From: Utricularia gibba
Taxonomy: Eukaryota > Plantae > Magnoliophyta
Assembly (NCBI GenBank): GCA_002189035.1
Contig: NEEC01000016.1
Location: 1,736,001-1,800,000, forward strand
Reading direction: 5' to 3'
Length of the DNA: 64,000 nt
The notes beneath the pieces are model-generated. The model saw nothing but the letters and a program-made list of their open reading frames with translations. It made no database searches and was not told where the DNA came from. The translations under genes were made by a program, and so were the position numbers. Every line of letters starts with the position of its first letter. The first letter of the stretch is position 1. Positions 34,913 to 48,262 of the stretch are shown piece after piece.

Positions 34913-35989
34913 AATTTGGTGCAAGGTTTACACATTTATGATTCGATCAGAGCGTGTTTATGAATGTTAGTCCTGTTTTATATCAATTATTAAAATGCAG
35001 AATTTTTCTTCATAATTCATATATAGTTCCATGATATGGGCCTCAATAGCTTATATTTTATTTGCTTCTACTCTTCTTGTGATTGCATTTGGACAACCGT
35101 CGCTAATTCTTGATGTAGCTGAACCAATTATTATTATGTATTCATACTTGTGAGATTTTACAAAGAGAAACATTGGAAAGGACTTTTCAATATTTGAACT
35201 GCAGTGCTATTGTTTCTTCTTAGAATGTTTGAGATTGCTTACTGATAATTTATATAAGCAAACTGAAAAGAACCAATAGGACATGGGAAAAGAACACTCA
35301 TAAATTTATATGTTGCATGACAGGGGAAGAGAACCAGCAGGATTCATTTTTGTTGCATTGATACCAGCAGTGATGATTGTTGGCTTATATTTCTTTGATT
35401 ATAGTGTGGCTTCTAAGACTGATACAAAAAATGCAGTTGAACAAAAGCCTCAAACCATAATGACTAGTAGAAAGGTGTGGTTGGTGTTGTAAATTGGTAA
35501 TTATAAAGTATGATTAGTATAATAAATTGATAGTTCTAAAATGTGCTTATTGAAATAGGTTTAATAAGTTAAATAATTTTTTCAATGTAATATAATAAGC
35601 TAAATTCAACTTACATAGTTCATAAAAATTCAAGCATTTCAAAATAAACAATATGAAGGATCAATAATCATCATTTCAAACCACTATATGGTTCTTGAAA
35701 ACTTATTTGAGAAGGAAGCAAACTAGCTTGAGTTGGAAGTGATACATGATTGTATGCTTCACTATATAGTATTTTTTTAAAATCATCAATTTTCAACACA
35801 TCCATCTTGATCAACAACCTCAACTCATGTGTAGAGTTTATTACAATTTATGCATTCTTCATTGCAATATTTTGTTAATATAGTGAATTGTGTCTTATCA
35901 TTTTTCTTCTATACTCATCCAATTTATCAGTGATTGCTTTGATAACATCTTTTTTTTTTTTTTTTGGAGAAATCCCACTAAAGGTACAA

Positions 35990-36600
35990 CCTTAAAATCA
36001 TAGCTTCTTAGCATTCTTTCGTCCAATGGGGTATTGTATAATTGGAACTCCTGAATTTACTTGTTTTATTACACTTGAAGGTATAGAAAATTGGACGGAT
36101 TATGAGTCACATATGATGCTCACTTTGTTTTTCTTCTTACTTCCATTATCTACATCTTATTTCTACATAAAATAAGGAGTTAATAAAAATAAAATAAGAT
36201 GTAAATAAAAATAAAATAATATGTAAATAAAAATAGATTTTACATTTATCCATTTTGATTGATCTCTAGGATTTTCCAAGCGTCCAAGCTTGTAAAAGGT
36301 TTACGATGTTTTTCTTAATATATCTTCAAGTTCATATTAATCACGTCGTAGTTGTTATAACCGCTTGGATTCTATCGTGAAATCCTATCATACATTCTAG
36401 AAAAAAATTGGACATCTATACTTAAGCTTTTCCACTTTTTCCTCAAGTTTTCAAGTTCATGAACTTTTCCATTTGTTCCATTAGACTTGATTGCATCACA
36501 ATAGAAAAAACCAATGGCTTTTCAGAATGACTATGTTTTCTTGGGAATTACCAGTAATTTTTTTTTATCAATGGAAGTGTTTTACCAAGCTTACATTAAT
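35990..36600 (-). pseudogene. Pong-like Harbinger ORF1 remnant (Myb/NAM-associated type)
   Basis: Minus-strand KWKSLSIDVQFFSRMYDRI...SGYNNYDVI...KPFTSLDAWKIL...W and PIGRKNAKK resemble Pong ORF1 proteins. Confidence 0.55.
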
Positions 36601-37400
36601 ATGTTGACTTTGTTATTTATCCATCATGTCATTGAAGTTATATTAATTTAAAAAAATTATCATTGAAAAAATGATCAAATGAATATTTAAATAAATATAT
36701 CTAAAATAAATACTATAAAACCAAATGTAATATGTCGAAATGATTCTAAAAAATTAGAAAATTATTTCAAAAATATATACAAGAAAATTATATATATATA
36801 TATATAATAGAATTCACAAATATTTAACATTAATCAAGTTTAATCAAATTTATGAGATATTACAAAAAATATAACTTTATATATCATAGTATATAACATA
36901 GTTATTTTATAAAAAGTTATAATTTAAAATATCAAACATCAATTAATATAGAAAATGTAATAGAAATCCTTCCAAAATATCCAAAAAAATTCAATATTTA
37001 GAAATTTTCTAAATCCTTCAATTAGTACAATTAATATAGAAAATGTAATAGAAATTTTGAGAACTTGCTAAAATACAAAAATCCTACATTACCTAGTAGT
37101 TGCAAACGAAAACTTGCAGATGAATCTTCACTTTTTGTCGAAACAGATCCGTTGCCCAAGAGAAAATGAGGAGATGAATTTGTGTATGAAGAAGTAGGGT
37201 TTATATATTAAATATATTAGAATAAAAGGAATTAAAAAAATATGAAAAATACTTAGTTGTCCATAGAGATAGATTGTCTGAGAATTGCAAATTACCAGAC
37301 AAAATTACACCACACATTGTTATTCAAAAGTTTTAATCATTTCCATCAATTTATGTGTCTATCATATCAGGATTGTTTGGACACAATGTGTATACTGTTA

Positions 37401-37870
37401 GGGCGTCCACATTCGTGTCCACTCAAATCAATTAATTTTTTTTCCACATCATCTTTTCTATCTTCTATATCACACTTATTTTAATTAAAATTTAATATTG
37501 AATGTTATACATCATCTTTATGTCCACTCTCACATTTATGTCCGGACATTTTATTATTTAATATTTAATATTTAATATTTATCTATTTTTATATTATTTA
37601 AATTCATTATTTATTATTTAAAAATACAACAATCATACAACATAAGAAACAACTTAATATGAGACACTTTAGATTAACCAAACTTAGCCTAAATATGATC
37701 GATCAAGTCCGTCTTGAATTGCATGTGCAACGTTTTTTCTCTGGATTTTATAAGTCTACCAAAATAGTCTTCAAAAGCATGAATATTTTATCCCGAAAAA
37801 TCGGACACTTTTCCAAGATTAATTTGATCATGATCTCCATGATTTGACTGCTCCTCTTCACCTTCATATT
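37401..37870 (-). mobile_element. Pong-like element end with a transposase C-terminal remnant
   Basis: TTA followed by a GGGCGTCCACA terminus at 37401. Minus-strand LHMQFKTDLIDHI*AKFG matches the Pong-type transposase C-terminus (H-x-x-L-x-x-DL-x-EHIW). Confidence 0.55.
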
Positions 37871-38535
37871 TCACTATCATATTTCTAAAATAAAAGGAAA
37901 TGCATGGTATGATTTCTAAAAAATAATTCTACATCATTTTTAGTTGTTCAAATATTTCTATGAATATGAAAAATATAAATGACTTCCAAATAGCAGTAAA
38001 ATTACTTCACAAACACAAATTAGACAAATATAAACAATTCTATTAGATTTAAAGTTTTTAAAAAACAAATACATAACTTACAATCTCAAAATAAGCATTA
38101 ATAAAGAAATTAACTATACCTACCTCTTCAAAATAATTCTACATCATTTTTAGGCGATATTCTATAATATGTCACTGAATTGTGTTTCATGGTGCTCTAG
38201 TTTTTTATATTCTTGCAGCTTTGTTTGTAGAATTTTGTCATCATATTCGTGATCACAGTTCTTTTAACTGCTTTATATTTTTGGGTTGTGAAGAATGTAA
38301 GTGGATGTATCTTGGTTGGTTTCAGATGGTGGAATAAACACTCTCATCTATTTGGAAATTTGAGTGTCTTGATGAGGAGGTAATGTTATTGCTTATGATT
38401 GCTCTGTAGGCTGGTTACTTGTTTCCGATTGATTTTATTTGCTTTGTACTGTAGTCTCTTCCTAGAACAAATAAGAAAGATTCGTGGCTGTTTTGGTGGA
38501 CTCCGTACATTACAGTGTGTTAATTCCTTTGACTC

Positions 38536-41500
38536 TATTATGAACACAATCTGTGCAGATCTGGAGAATAAAGGAATAGAGGGAAGAACGCAAAGAGAAG
38601 AAATCTATTCATTCAAGTAAAAATCTATACATTGTCATTGAACTTAAATACATAAACGAATATGTGCAACAGTCATATTTCTTGACCTGACTACACCTTC
38701 AACTGCTTTAACATATGATTATTCACAACTTCAGCCTTGAGCATAGGCACACAGAGGCTTTGTTAAGTGTCATTTTCTAGTTAATTATTAGGTATTATTA
38801 TGTTAATTATGTATGAAGTCACCCAAATTAGGAGTCTTATTAGTAAATATTTGATTTTTACTAGAAAATTCCTATTTTCCCATTTTGTGTATATTTTATG
38901 TCTTTTTTCTCACACTTTGACCGATACATGTCAGGAGACTATCATAGAGTATTGCAGGAGTATTGCAGGTGGTCAGACTCTAAGTTTTCGTGCCTTGTAC
39001 GCGAGTTGGAATGATTGTGAGCAGAAGACTGACACTGGTCAAGGCCCTTGACTTACGGCATGTTAGAGTCTGCAGCAATGATTGAGCGCAAACTTGCACG
39101 CAAAGAAAGTCTGGTGGCGCACGCAAGACAGAAGGAATGATGGGAAGGGGACCCAAAGGAGTTAATGCACGTGGGAAGTCATATAAAAGCCACTTAGAGC
39201 ACTTAGTTTCGGACTTTTTTCCATTTCCTTACTAGACTTACACTTTTGAGTTCTCCCTCCCCTCGAAGGAGGAAGAACACTTAGTTTCTTTTCGTTTCTG
39301 TTTCCATGGCCCTTTCGGGCAAAAAACCTTTAGTTTCTGAGAAGTAGATGAAGTTTCCTTCCAAGTCTTGAGCAATACACTCAGTTCTTCACTGAATTCA
39401 ATTCAGATTCCGCATACTTCCACGCGTCTTGTTGCACTCTTAGTCAAGGTCCATGAGTAGCAGGCCACTTCTCGCGGATTTTGGTGCAGATCAAGATGAA
39501 GAGCATCAACTCCAACCCTGCTGGTTCGAGGGAAGTAGCATATTGTTTGTGGCCTAGGTACCGCGACAGTGGACAGGTTGTGACCTCGGACCTGCCACTG
39601 GCCATTGGCAACAGTTGGGCACACGCGCACAATTCGGTTTTGAAGGCAATCAAAGGCAATCCTCTTGTCTTCCTAATCGTCCAAGGGGGAATCACATGAG
39701 GCTATTCCCGTACCTCCTTATCAATCAGAGGGTAAGGGAGAGTAGGCTATTCCTTGCTCCTACAACCAGCTATTCGGAAGAAAACAGTGAAAACCGAGGC
39801 AAGGACGGAGAAAGGAAGGAGATGAAATCTTATTCCCAGGAACTGCGTACCGTAGTCAAGGCCCATTACTTAGGTTGTATCTTTCATTTCTGCATCTTAA
39901 AAACCCCATTTTACAAAACCGTGACATTTTGTAGAAGTTGCTTACAAAACACTTTTCACGAAAAACAACTCCCTGTGATCGATACTCGTACTACGCTTGT
40001 TGGTGTTTTACGTTTTAAATATTTAAGGAAACGACACGCAACAGGCTTCTTTTAACATTTCCCTGCAAACTAAACATGTATTTTTAACATGTTTAGTTTG
40101 AAGATAAGATAGTTGAATTGTGTTGAATGCAATTCTTTTGTAAATAGATCAGCTACCTGCTGCTTTGAAGTTACATAACTAACCTAAACATTTCCAGATT
40201 CCACTTATTCTCTAATAAAATGCAAATCCATCTCGAAGTGCTTGGTTCTTTCATGAAATATCGGGTTCTAAGATAGTTGAATTGCCAATTTGTTGTCACA
40301 CAGAAGTTGCGTTACATCCCGGACTTCGTAGTGAAATGATTGCAGCAAATTTTGAATCCATTTCATTTCGCATGGTGTTGATGAAAGTGCTCGGTACTCA
40401 GCTTCTCTTGAACTTCTCACTACAAGCTTCATCTTCTTGGATCTCCAACTTATTAGACTGTCACCCAAATAAATACAATAGCCATAGATAGATCATCTTG
40501 TGTCTTTGCAAGATCCCCAATCACTATCTGCATATGCAATTGACAATTGTTTTATCTTGGACTTCAGTAATATTCCTTGACCAACTATTCCCTTTAAGTA
40601 TCTAAGTTCATGAAATGCTACATTCAAATGAGAACTAGTCGGTTGATGCATAAACTATGATAGCACTTTGGTTGCATAACTGATATCTGGTCTTGTAAAG
40701 GTTAGATATAGCAGCCTACCTACAAGAATCCTATACATATTTGCATCCGACAGGGGCATATTGTCATTGAGTCTTGAGTCTATGATGAACTTCAATGGGG
40801 GTTGTAGCTGATCTACAACCAAGCATTCTGTAATCTGTCAATAAATCCAAAATATACTTCCTTTGACACAGTGATATGCCAGAGGCTGCTCGAGTTATTT
40901 CTAGACCCAAGAAACATTTAGGCGCTCCCAAGTCTTTGAGCTTGAATTTTCTAGACAAGAATCTGACTACTACTTCCAATTGCTGACCATCGGTACCACC
41001 AATCACGATATCATCCACATACACGACTAACACCAATATGCCACCATTGTGCAGCTGTGTTGTGAACAGAGAGTAATCTGCTGGGCTCTGTTTGAAACCA
41101 AACTCCTTCATAGCAGTAGAGAACATAGAGTTCCACTAATAGGTGGCTTGCTTCAGACCATAAATCGTCCGGTTTAGCTTACAAGCTAATTTTTTATCCA
41201 TGCCATAAGGCATTATACTAGTGTATCCAGGAAGGAGGTCCATATGTATGGTCTCTTTGATTTCACCATTAAAGAATGCATTATTGATATCCAATTGTCT
41301 GAAAGTTCATTGCTCATAAGTTGCTAAGGCAAAAAATGTCTGAATGGTAGTGTGCTTTGCCACTGGACTGAATGTTTCTTCAGGGTCGATGCCATAAATT
41401 TGACTATAGCCTTTGGCAACTAATCGTGACTTGAGTCTGTCCACAGTGCCATTTGACAGTAACTTCTTGGTATATAACCAACTATTATCAATAGTATGGT

Positions 41501-44500
41501 GTGCTTGTGATATAGCCATGACCAGCCAAGTGTTGTTCATAGCAAGGGCATTGATCTTTATGCTCATCAAAGTTACTCATGCAGGCTCCTATGCAACCTC
41601 TGCATAGGTGGTTAGTACCTGAATTTCAGATAAGCTAGTGACGTAAGCAGCATGCTGAGGAGACAGCCGACGAGTAGATAGAACATCAGAGATGGGGTGT
41701 GATGTTGAACAAGCAATAATGGGGTCTGATAGAGAATGTTGGTAGTCTTGGAGGTAAATCAGGAGCTTTCTAAGTCGGTGGGGTCGCAGACATTGTGTTG
41801 ATGCCTCAGCATGAGGTGGTGGGACCTCCATAGAAGTGGCTAGTCCATTTGTTGGCTGGTTGGGGGGGTATCGATTGCTAAGGTGGGGTCCATGGGATCC
41901 ATAGTCGCTGTAAATAAGTGCTCAGCATTGGTAGGGAGAGATGGTTTTGACCAAGGACCTGTACTTTCATAGGAAGATGCTCTAGTGGTTTCAAGACTGA
42001 GCAATTTGTGAGCTAACAAGCGTCAGGGTTAGTAACAACTGGAAGAATTATGTTCGCAAAAAAATTTGGTGAAAAGTGAAATATATGCTCGTAAAAGACA
42101 ACATCTCAAGAGATAAAAACAGCTTTAGATTAGAGATCATATACAACATAGTCTTTGATATATGCGGGGTAACCTAAAAATACACATATCTTATCCCTAG
42201 GATCAAATTTGCTGCGATTTCTAGATAATGTGGCAATAAAACATAAAGAACCAAAGACACGTAAGTGGCGATATTCTAGTGATTTGTCGGTGAGTTTCTC
42301 ATAGGGTGTGAGACAATCAAGTTTCAACACAGGCAACCGATTAATGAGATGTGTAGCAGTCAACAAAGCATAGCCCCAAAATTCTAAAAGAATAGAAGAT
42401 TGTAGTAATAATGCTCTAGTGACATTAAGCAAATGTTGGTGCTTGCATTCTACAACTCCGTTTTGTTGAGGAATATCAACACAAGTGATTTGGTGAATGA
42501 TTCCTTGCTCGAGGAACTGTGGAAAATTAAATTCCTTGGCATTGTCACTACACATTACACGGACTGTACCATTGTATTGTCGAGAAGCCATCGATGTGAA
42601 GTGAGAAATCACAGTAGCAGCTTCATATTTATGGCACATAAGGTAGGTCCATGTAGCTTTGATGAACTCATCCACAATTGTTAAAAAATATTTGTGCCCC
42701 TATGAGTAGGTATCCTAGAGGGGTCCCAAGTGTCTATATGCACTAACTCAAAGGACTGTGTCGAGGTAGAAACAGATTTAGGAAAAGGGTGTCTCCTGTG
42801 TTTTTCAAAAGGGCATGTGAGACAGACTTTTGATGGCAGCGCTTTGATAGATGACTGAAATTTGGAAATATGAGGGATGATTTTATGAGAGAAGTTCCCA
42901 ATCTATAATGCCATATATCAAATGTAGTAGAAGAACATGAATTATCAGTTGAAAATACACTGCAAGTAAAGGACTCTCGGGTCACTCTAGGATACAAAAC
43001 ATTAAAAGCTGGAACAACAGGTTGTTGTAGCACATGGTTGTTGGCTCTTTTTAAAAATACAGAGGCTATGATGCACTCTACCCATGCCAATCGTCTTCCA
43101 TGTGTACAAATACTGAAGGAAACAAAGTGAAGAAATAAATGTGGCAAGGATTTGGTTTTCGAAAGCGAATGTATTGAGAGTAAGTTGACACGAAAGGAGG
43201 GAATATATAAAACATTTTATATTGTGATAGAGTCATTAAGTATGACGGGCCAATGCATGAGACTTCAACCGAATTCCCATTCAAAAACTTGACTACCCCG
43301 GAATGTGGTCTATTGGAAGCAATCAGGTCAATATTGCCACACATGTGCTCATTGGCACCTGTATCAATTACCCATGAAGCCGTGCATAAGTTAGAAATTG
43401 TAACATCAGGGAGTGTACCAACAGAAGTGTCCAGAGGAGGAGTTGGTCCTTGTGCAGTAGTAGAAGTGGAAGCCAGAACCACTTATTGATTTTTTAAATG
43501 CTATAGTAGTGCTTGCAGCTGGCCATGAGTGATTGGGGCCATAGCAGAGGAGTCCACATGTTATGTCTGCAATGCAAAATGATTAGAAAAAGAAGGGGAT
43601 GTATCAGAAACCTTTTTCTTCTTTGGTTGACAGTTAGGGGATAGCCAACCAATTTGTAGCACTTCTCAATTGTGTGGTTCTCTAGTCCACAATGTAGACA
43701 TTTCTGTTTCTGACGAGGGGGAATAAGCACCTTGCCTTTAGAAGGAGTGGGAGGATCGACTTGGAGAGACGTTGCTCTTCCTGATAATCCATATTAAAAA
43801 CTTCTTCTACTGAGAGTAAGGGTGTCTACAATAAAATTTGCGAACGGTTCACCGCAAACTCTGGGTTCAACATGTCAAGGAATTTATATATTTGGTCATC
43901 CTGGTATTGCTTATGGAAGGTCTCAAAGTATACATTATTGCACATAACATAAGAACAATGAGGCCGCAGTCTGTAATGTTCAAGTTCAGCTAGCAGCACA
44001 GTATACTTGTTATAGAAAGTATCCAAAGAATTCGAGTCCTGAACCAGATTGCCAAGGTCATGTTGAAGCTGAAAAATACGAGAAGTGGAGATTGAGCCCA
44101 GCGTTTTTCAAGGCTGACCCAGATATCTCGTGCATTGGATTTGAAGAACACAGATGAGAATACAGCAGGATCAATGCAATGAATAAACTAAGCAACAATT
44201 AGATCATTGCAGCGAGCCATTACTTGTAAAGTGGATCTGTGTGTGGTGGTTACGGTAGAGACCCATCTATGAACCCTAGCTTATTTCTAGTGGAGAGACC
44301 AAGGCGAACCCCCTTTGCCCAAGATGCATAGTTATCACCAATAAGGCATGTGGAGGTGAGTTGAACTTCAGGAGTATCACCAGAAAGTAAAGGGTATGGG
44401 TCTATTGAAGAGAGCATCGGTTGTAGGCTAGCAGTGCATAATGTAGCAATGAGCTGTGATGCAAAACCTGCAGCCTCTCTCGATGTATCATTCATTTTGA

Positions 44501-44802
44501 GATGAATATAGAGTGCCACTTGACAGGAATGAAGCAAGAATAGGAGGAGAATTAAAGCTCTGATACCATGTTATGAACACAATCTACACAGATCTGGAGA
44601 ATGAAGGAACAAAGGGAAGAACACAGAGAGAAGAAATCTATTCATTCAATTAAAAATCTATACATTGTCATTGAACTTAAATACATAAACGAATATGTGC
44701 AACAGTCATATTTCTTGACTTGACTACACCTTCAACTACTTTAACATCTGATTATTCACAACTTCAACCTTGAGCGTAGGCACTCAGAGGCTTCCTTTAA
44801 TA
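38536..44802 (-). mobile_element. Ty1/Copia LTR retrotransposon in an ECH intron
   Basis: 5' LTR 44569-44802 with PBS (GCTCTGATACCA at 44557-44568). 3' LTR 38536-40057 is split by a solo LTR. TSD GACTC/AACTC. Gag (GDNYASWAK...NKLGFIDG), knuckle CLHCGLENHTIEKC, protease WVIDTGA, integrase, RT YVDD and RNase H all lie on the minus strand. Confidence 0.93.
38761..40043. mobile_element. Solo LTR of another family inserted in the Copia 3' LTR
   Basis: TGTTAAG...GCAACA with perfect TSD GGCTT (38756-38760, 40044-40048). The Copia LTR resumes on the other side. Confidence 0.9.
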
Positions 44803-46023
44803 AACTCCAAGTTCGGCTTTGTTGTATTTTTTACTCAAACAAATCAATGAATTCTTGGACTTGATGGGAGTGGATTCAGATTCTAGTATTTCTTGGGCAC
44901 TTTAAGCATTTATAAAGTTGAAGACCTTGAGGCCTCCTTTTTCTTTCTTTGCAGGTTGTTTCATGGATCATATTTGCAGTGTTCTCTCTTATCAGATTAC
45001 ATGAGGACTATCTTTGTGTCTGCTTGAGCCTTAGCGTTGCCAATGTTGTCGGCTTCACTAAATTCCTGAAAGGTGTGGCCTTATAATCACCTATCCATGA
45101 TCCATCTCCCACACGTATGACACAAATCACACACTTTGATTGAAATGTATCTTCAAAGAATGACATCTTTTTTTTACAAACAGATGCCAAGAAGCATATT
45201 CAACACTTTGCCACTCAGACCATTGCTTCTCGGCTTTCATCTACGATGCAATCCGCATTTAGCGTAGTCTAAGTGGTTTATTTGAAATTTCAGATGATCA
45301 TATGGAAGAATTTGGCTCCTCATTGTGTAGTTGTGTAGAGATTACCCTTGCGCCCCATGTCCCAATCCCTCTTCTGCTACTTGCTTCTCTTCTTATTCAA
45401 TGGATTCGACTGAATACTGCACTGTTAAAAAAGTTTTACTGTAATTAAAAATGGCCCTGTGTTAGGTTCAGATCAGCCACCGTCCACAACCAGTGAAATT
45501 TGTCTGAAAATGTAACACCCTAGAAGCTGATAGTGCAACAACTGTAGCAGCCTTAAAAACAGGGGATGAAAACTGTGAACCGCTGTCATATAATTGCATC
45601 TGCTTCGGGCCCATCGCTAGAAAAAGAGTCACATTACGAAACCATGGGATAAGGACAATTGCCGAACCATACCCTTGTTCTCTTTTAATACCACTCTATC
45701 ATCACCGGCTCCAAGTTGTTGTACCAGAGCACGGAAGCTTGAATCTTTTAGCCAAGTTGATAATTTTCAGAAAATCCCTTTTCCTGTAAAGGTTTTCCGA
45801 CAATTGTGTGACGGCATTTTAGTGATAGCGTTGATTGTTTCGGGATTTATGTGATGAATACCCATAGATCATTTGCGTTTGATCCCACAGTCTAGTTCTC
45901 GTTAGATACGGATTTTGATCATTTCCTTGGATATGCTTGTCGTTTGCCTTCTAATCTGAGCTTTCTGTGTTGTTATTGAAATCTGTCTGCCTCTAACGTT
46001 GGCCGAATATGGGTTGATTGTAG

Positions 46024-47195
46024 ATGGGTTCTGAAGGGCCTACTCCACCAATAACTATCCATGTTACAGGATTCAAAAAGTTCTATGGAGTTGCAGAAAA
46101 TCCAACTGAAACGATTGTTAATAACCTTCAGTGTTACATCAATGAGCGAGGTCTGTCTAAAGGGTTCATCCTCAGGAGTTGCAACGTTCTTGAAAGTGCA
46201 GGCCGTGGAGCTCTTGAATCTTTGCACCAAATGCTGCAATCTTCTTTGATCAAAGATGCCGATAGCTTGACTAATGAGAGAGTTGTGTGGGTCAGTTGTT
46301 TAGATTTCGGTGCATTACTATTCTTTTATGCTTTGTTATCTTTGAATCCCCCAGCCATTAGTAGCTTAAAATCAGCTGTAATCAAACAAGAAGAGAACTT
46401 GCAGCCTGAAATTTCAATTTTCTTTCACTCTTTATTCATGTAATAGTTTTGGTAGAGTGACTGTGCAGTTGTGAAGCGGATGCTTCATTTATTTGCAGTC
46501 ATTGCATTCTTGGTTCCCAAGCTAAGAGCCCCTTTTTGGAGGGGGTTATTTCGAATCAAATAATCAGTTCTTCCTGCTGATACTCCAATCGCAGGTACAT
46601 TTTGGTGTGAATAGTGGCGCAACACAATTTGCGGTGGAGAATCGAGCTGTCAACGAAGCCACATTTCGCTACCCTGATGAGATGGGATGGAAGCCTCAGG
46701 TTTTTCAAATGTAGAATTAAAATGCTCAATGCTTGTGATTCAGTATTGACATCATTCATTCTTGTCGCAGAAAATTCCCATTGTTCCTGCAGATGGTGGG
46801 ATATCAAAAGTTCGTCTGGTAAGTTTACTTTTTCTCTGTTCTCCAAATCACCACCAGCAAAGAACCCGTAAAGCAAGGTTCCAAAATGCCAACTTGAACT
46901 CCCGATATAGACAGGAGGGGAGCTTGAGTCCTACTTTTTTTTTCAATGGTTGCAGAGTTGTCTTCCGGTAGAGGATATCGTGAAGTCTTTAGCGAAGATG
47001 GGGCACAAAGTGACCATCTCCGACGATGCGGGCCGGTTCGTATGCAACTATGTGTACTACCAGTCGCTCCGATTCGCAGAGCAGAATGGGATCAAATCAG
47101 TGTTTGTTCACGTACCACTCTTCTTGACCATTGATCAAGAGACTCAGATGGCGTTTGCAGCTTCCCTCTTGGAGGTTGTTGCTGCTCTGTCTTGA
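46024..47195 (+). CDS. Pyrrolidone-carboxylate peptidase (pyroglutamyl peptidase I, family C15)
   Basis: Exons 46024-46290, 46595-46699, 46771-46818, 46956-47195. Motifs VTGFKKF, HFGV, NEATF, SDDAGRFVCNYVYY (catalytic Cys), FVHVP (catalytic His). Confidence 0.93.
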
Positions 47196-47514
47196 AACTG
47201 TTTGTGGAAAACGTGGGATTAGTGCAGTCAAATAAAATCAATATGCATTCGTCTTACGAGGTTGGTATTGATAAGGACTTCACAGCACACCGTTTACCTG
47301 CGAAAAACATTAAACAAAATCTGTATTCCTATCGATTTGTAAAGTTTTGAAATTGTCAAATGGTATTATGGTAAGTACGCGGTGTAGTAACCAGCCGGCG
47401 ATTCTGATGGATCTCGACCGTGGACTCCCCAGATCTACCAAATCTTCGGACGGTTGAGAACGAAGGATGTACACTCCTAAACAAACGTTAGGGTGGCAGA
47501 TGCCACCTACTATA

Positions 47515-47576
47515 CAGTCTACGACTCTTCTCCATGCGACCACGCCAGTCTACGACTCTTCTCCATGCGACCACGC
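47515..47576. repeat. Perfect 31-bp tandem duplication in the SAMS promoter region
   Basis: CAGTCTACGACTCTTCTCCATGCGACCACGC at 47515-47545 and 47546-47576. Confidence 0.95.
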
Positions 47577-47609
47577 TTGCCTTTAATGCTACAGATTCAT
47601 TCCCTCACC

Positions 47610-48253
47610 AATCTATAAGAGCGGATATTCAATAAGCAAGATCGCGCAAAGAGTGGAAGGGCATTTCCTGGATTGCCGCAGCCTTCAAGTTCTCTGCTTT
47701 CGTCGCGACTGGTATGGCTTTTGTCAAAATTTGCATTCTGGGTGAAGCTTGTTGTGGGTCGTTTTGCTTCAGGTGAAGTGGGGTTTGCTTGAAATGATTC
47801 TTCTCTGTCTGTTTGTTTCTAATAGAGCCAAAGGCTGAACCTTTATTGGAGAACTCGTTTTGGGAGTCGATATTTTTTCTTCTGTTTACGAGATTAGTAT
47901 TGTCATTCAGCCATGGCTCAAGAGTCCGATCTGACCCTGAAACGGATCTATCAATCTATTGGTGATTCAACGAGTCCATGAACATTATTCTGCCATTGTG
48001 CTACTGATCTGATGGTTCCTCCTATATCCAGTTGTTGGAACCTTGCTTCGGCTGCTACATGCCCGCGTTCTCTCGTTGTAGATATCAGAAAAAATTGCTA
48101 AAATATCATTCTCTCCTTTTATTCTCAACGATCTTGTGCTTTTCTTATAATATCTGTAATAGCTTTAATAACTGCATTGGATCTTGCATTAGACTGAGAA
48201 GTTACTTTCTTGATAAATTCCTCATTGATGATGTTGGATTTTGCACATCGCAG
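47610..48253 (+). promoter_or_regulatory. Probable SAMS core promoter, 5' non-coding exon and 5' UTR intron
   Basis: CTATAAG at ~47613. Donor candidates CTG|GTATGG (47712) or CAG|GTGAAG (47773). Acceptor CGCAG| at 48253, 9 bp before the ATG. 5' UTR introns are typical of plant SAMS genes. Confidence 0.55.
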
Positions 48254-48262
48254 GGTAAGGAA

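Larger units (their letters stand above)
38191..45272 (+). pseudogene. ECH: ECHIDNA / TVP23 (DUF846) Golgi membrane protein pseudogene
   Basis: Exon 38191-38379 (GALVFYILAALF/NFVIIFVITVLL...FWVVKNVSGCILVGFRWWN/WKFECLDEE, two frameshifts), exon 38455-38514 (SLPRTNKKDSWLFWWTPYIT), exon 44955-45072, exon 45184-45272 (DAKKHIQHFATQTIASRLSSTMQSAFSVV*). First exon not found. Confidence 0.88.

Noticed and set aside
48032-48262. 77-aa N-terminal extension of SAMS1 in the ORF track
   Set aside because: It starts at TTG, lies in a T-rich 5' UTR intron ending at the acceptor at 48253, and has no counterpart in SAMS proteins.
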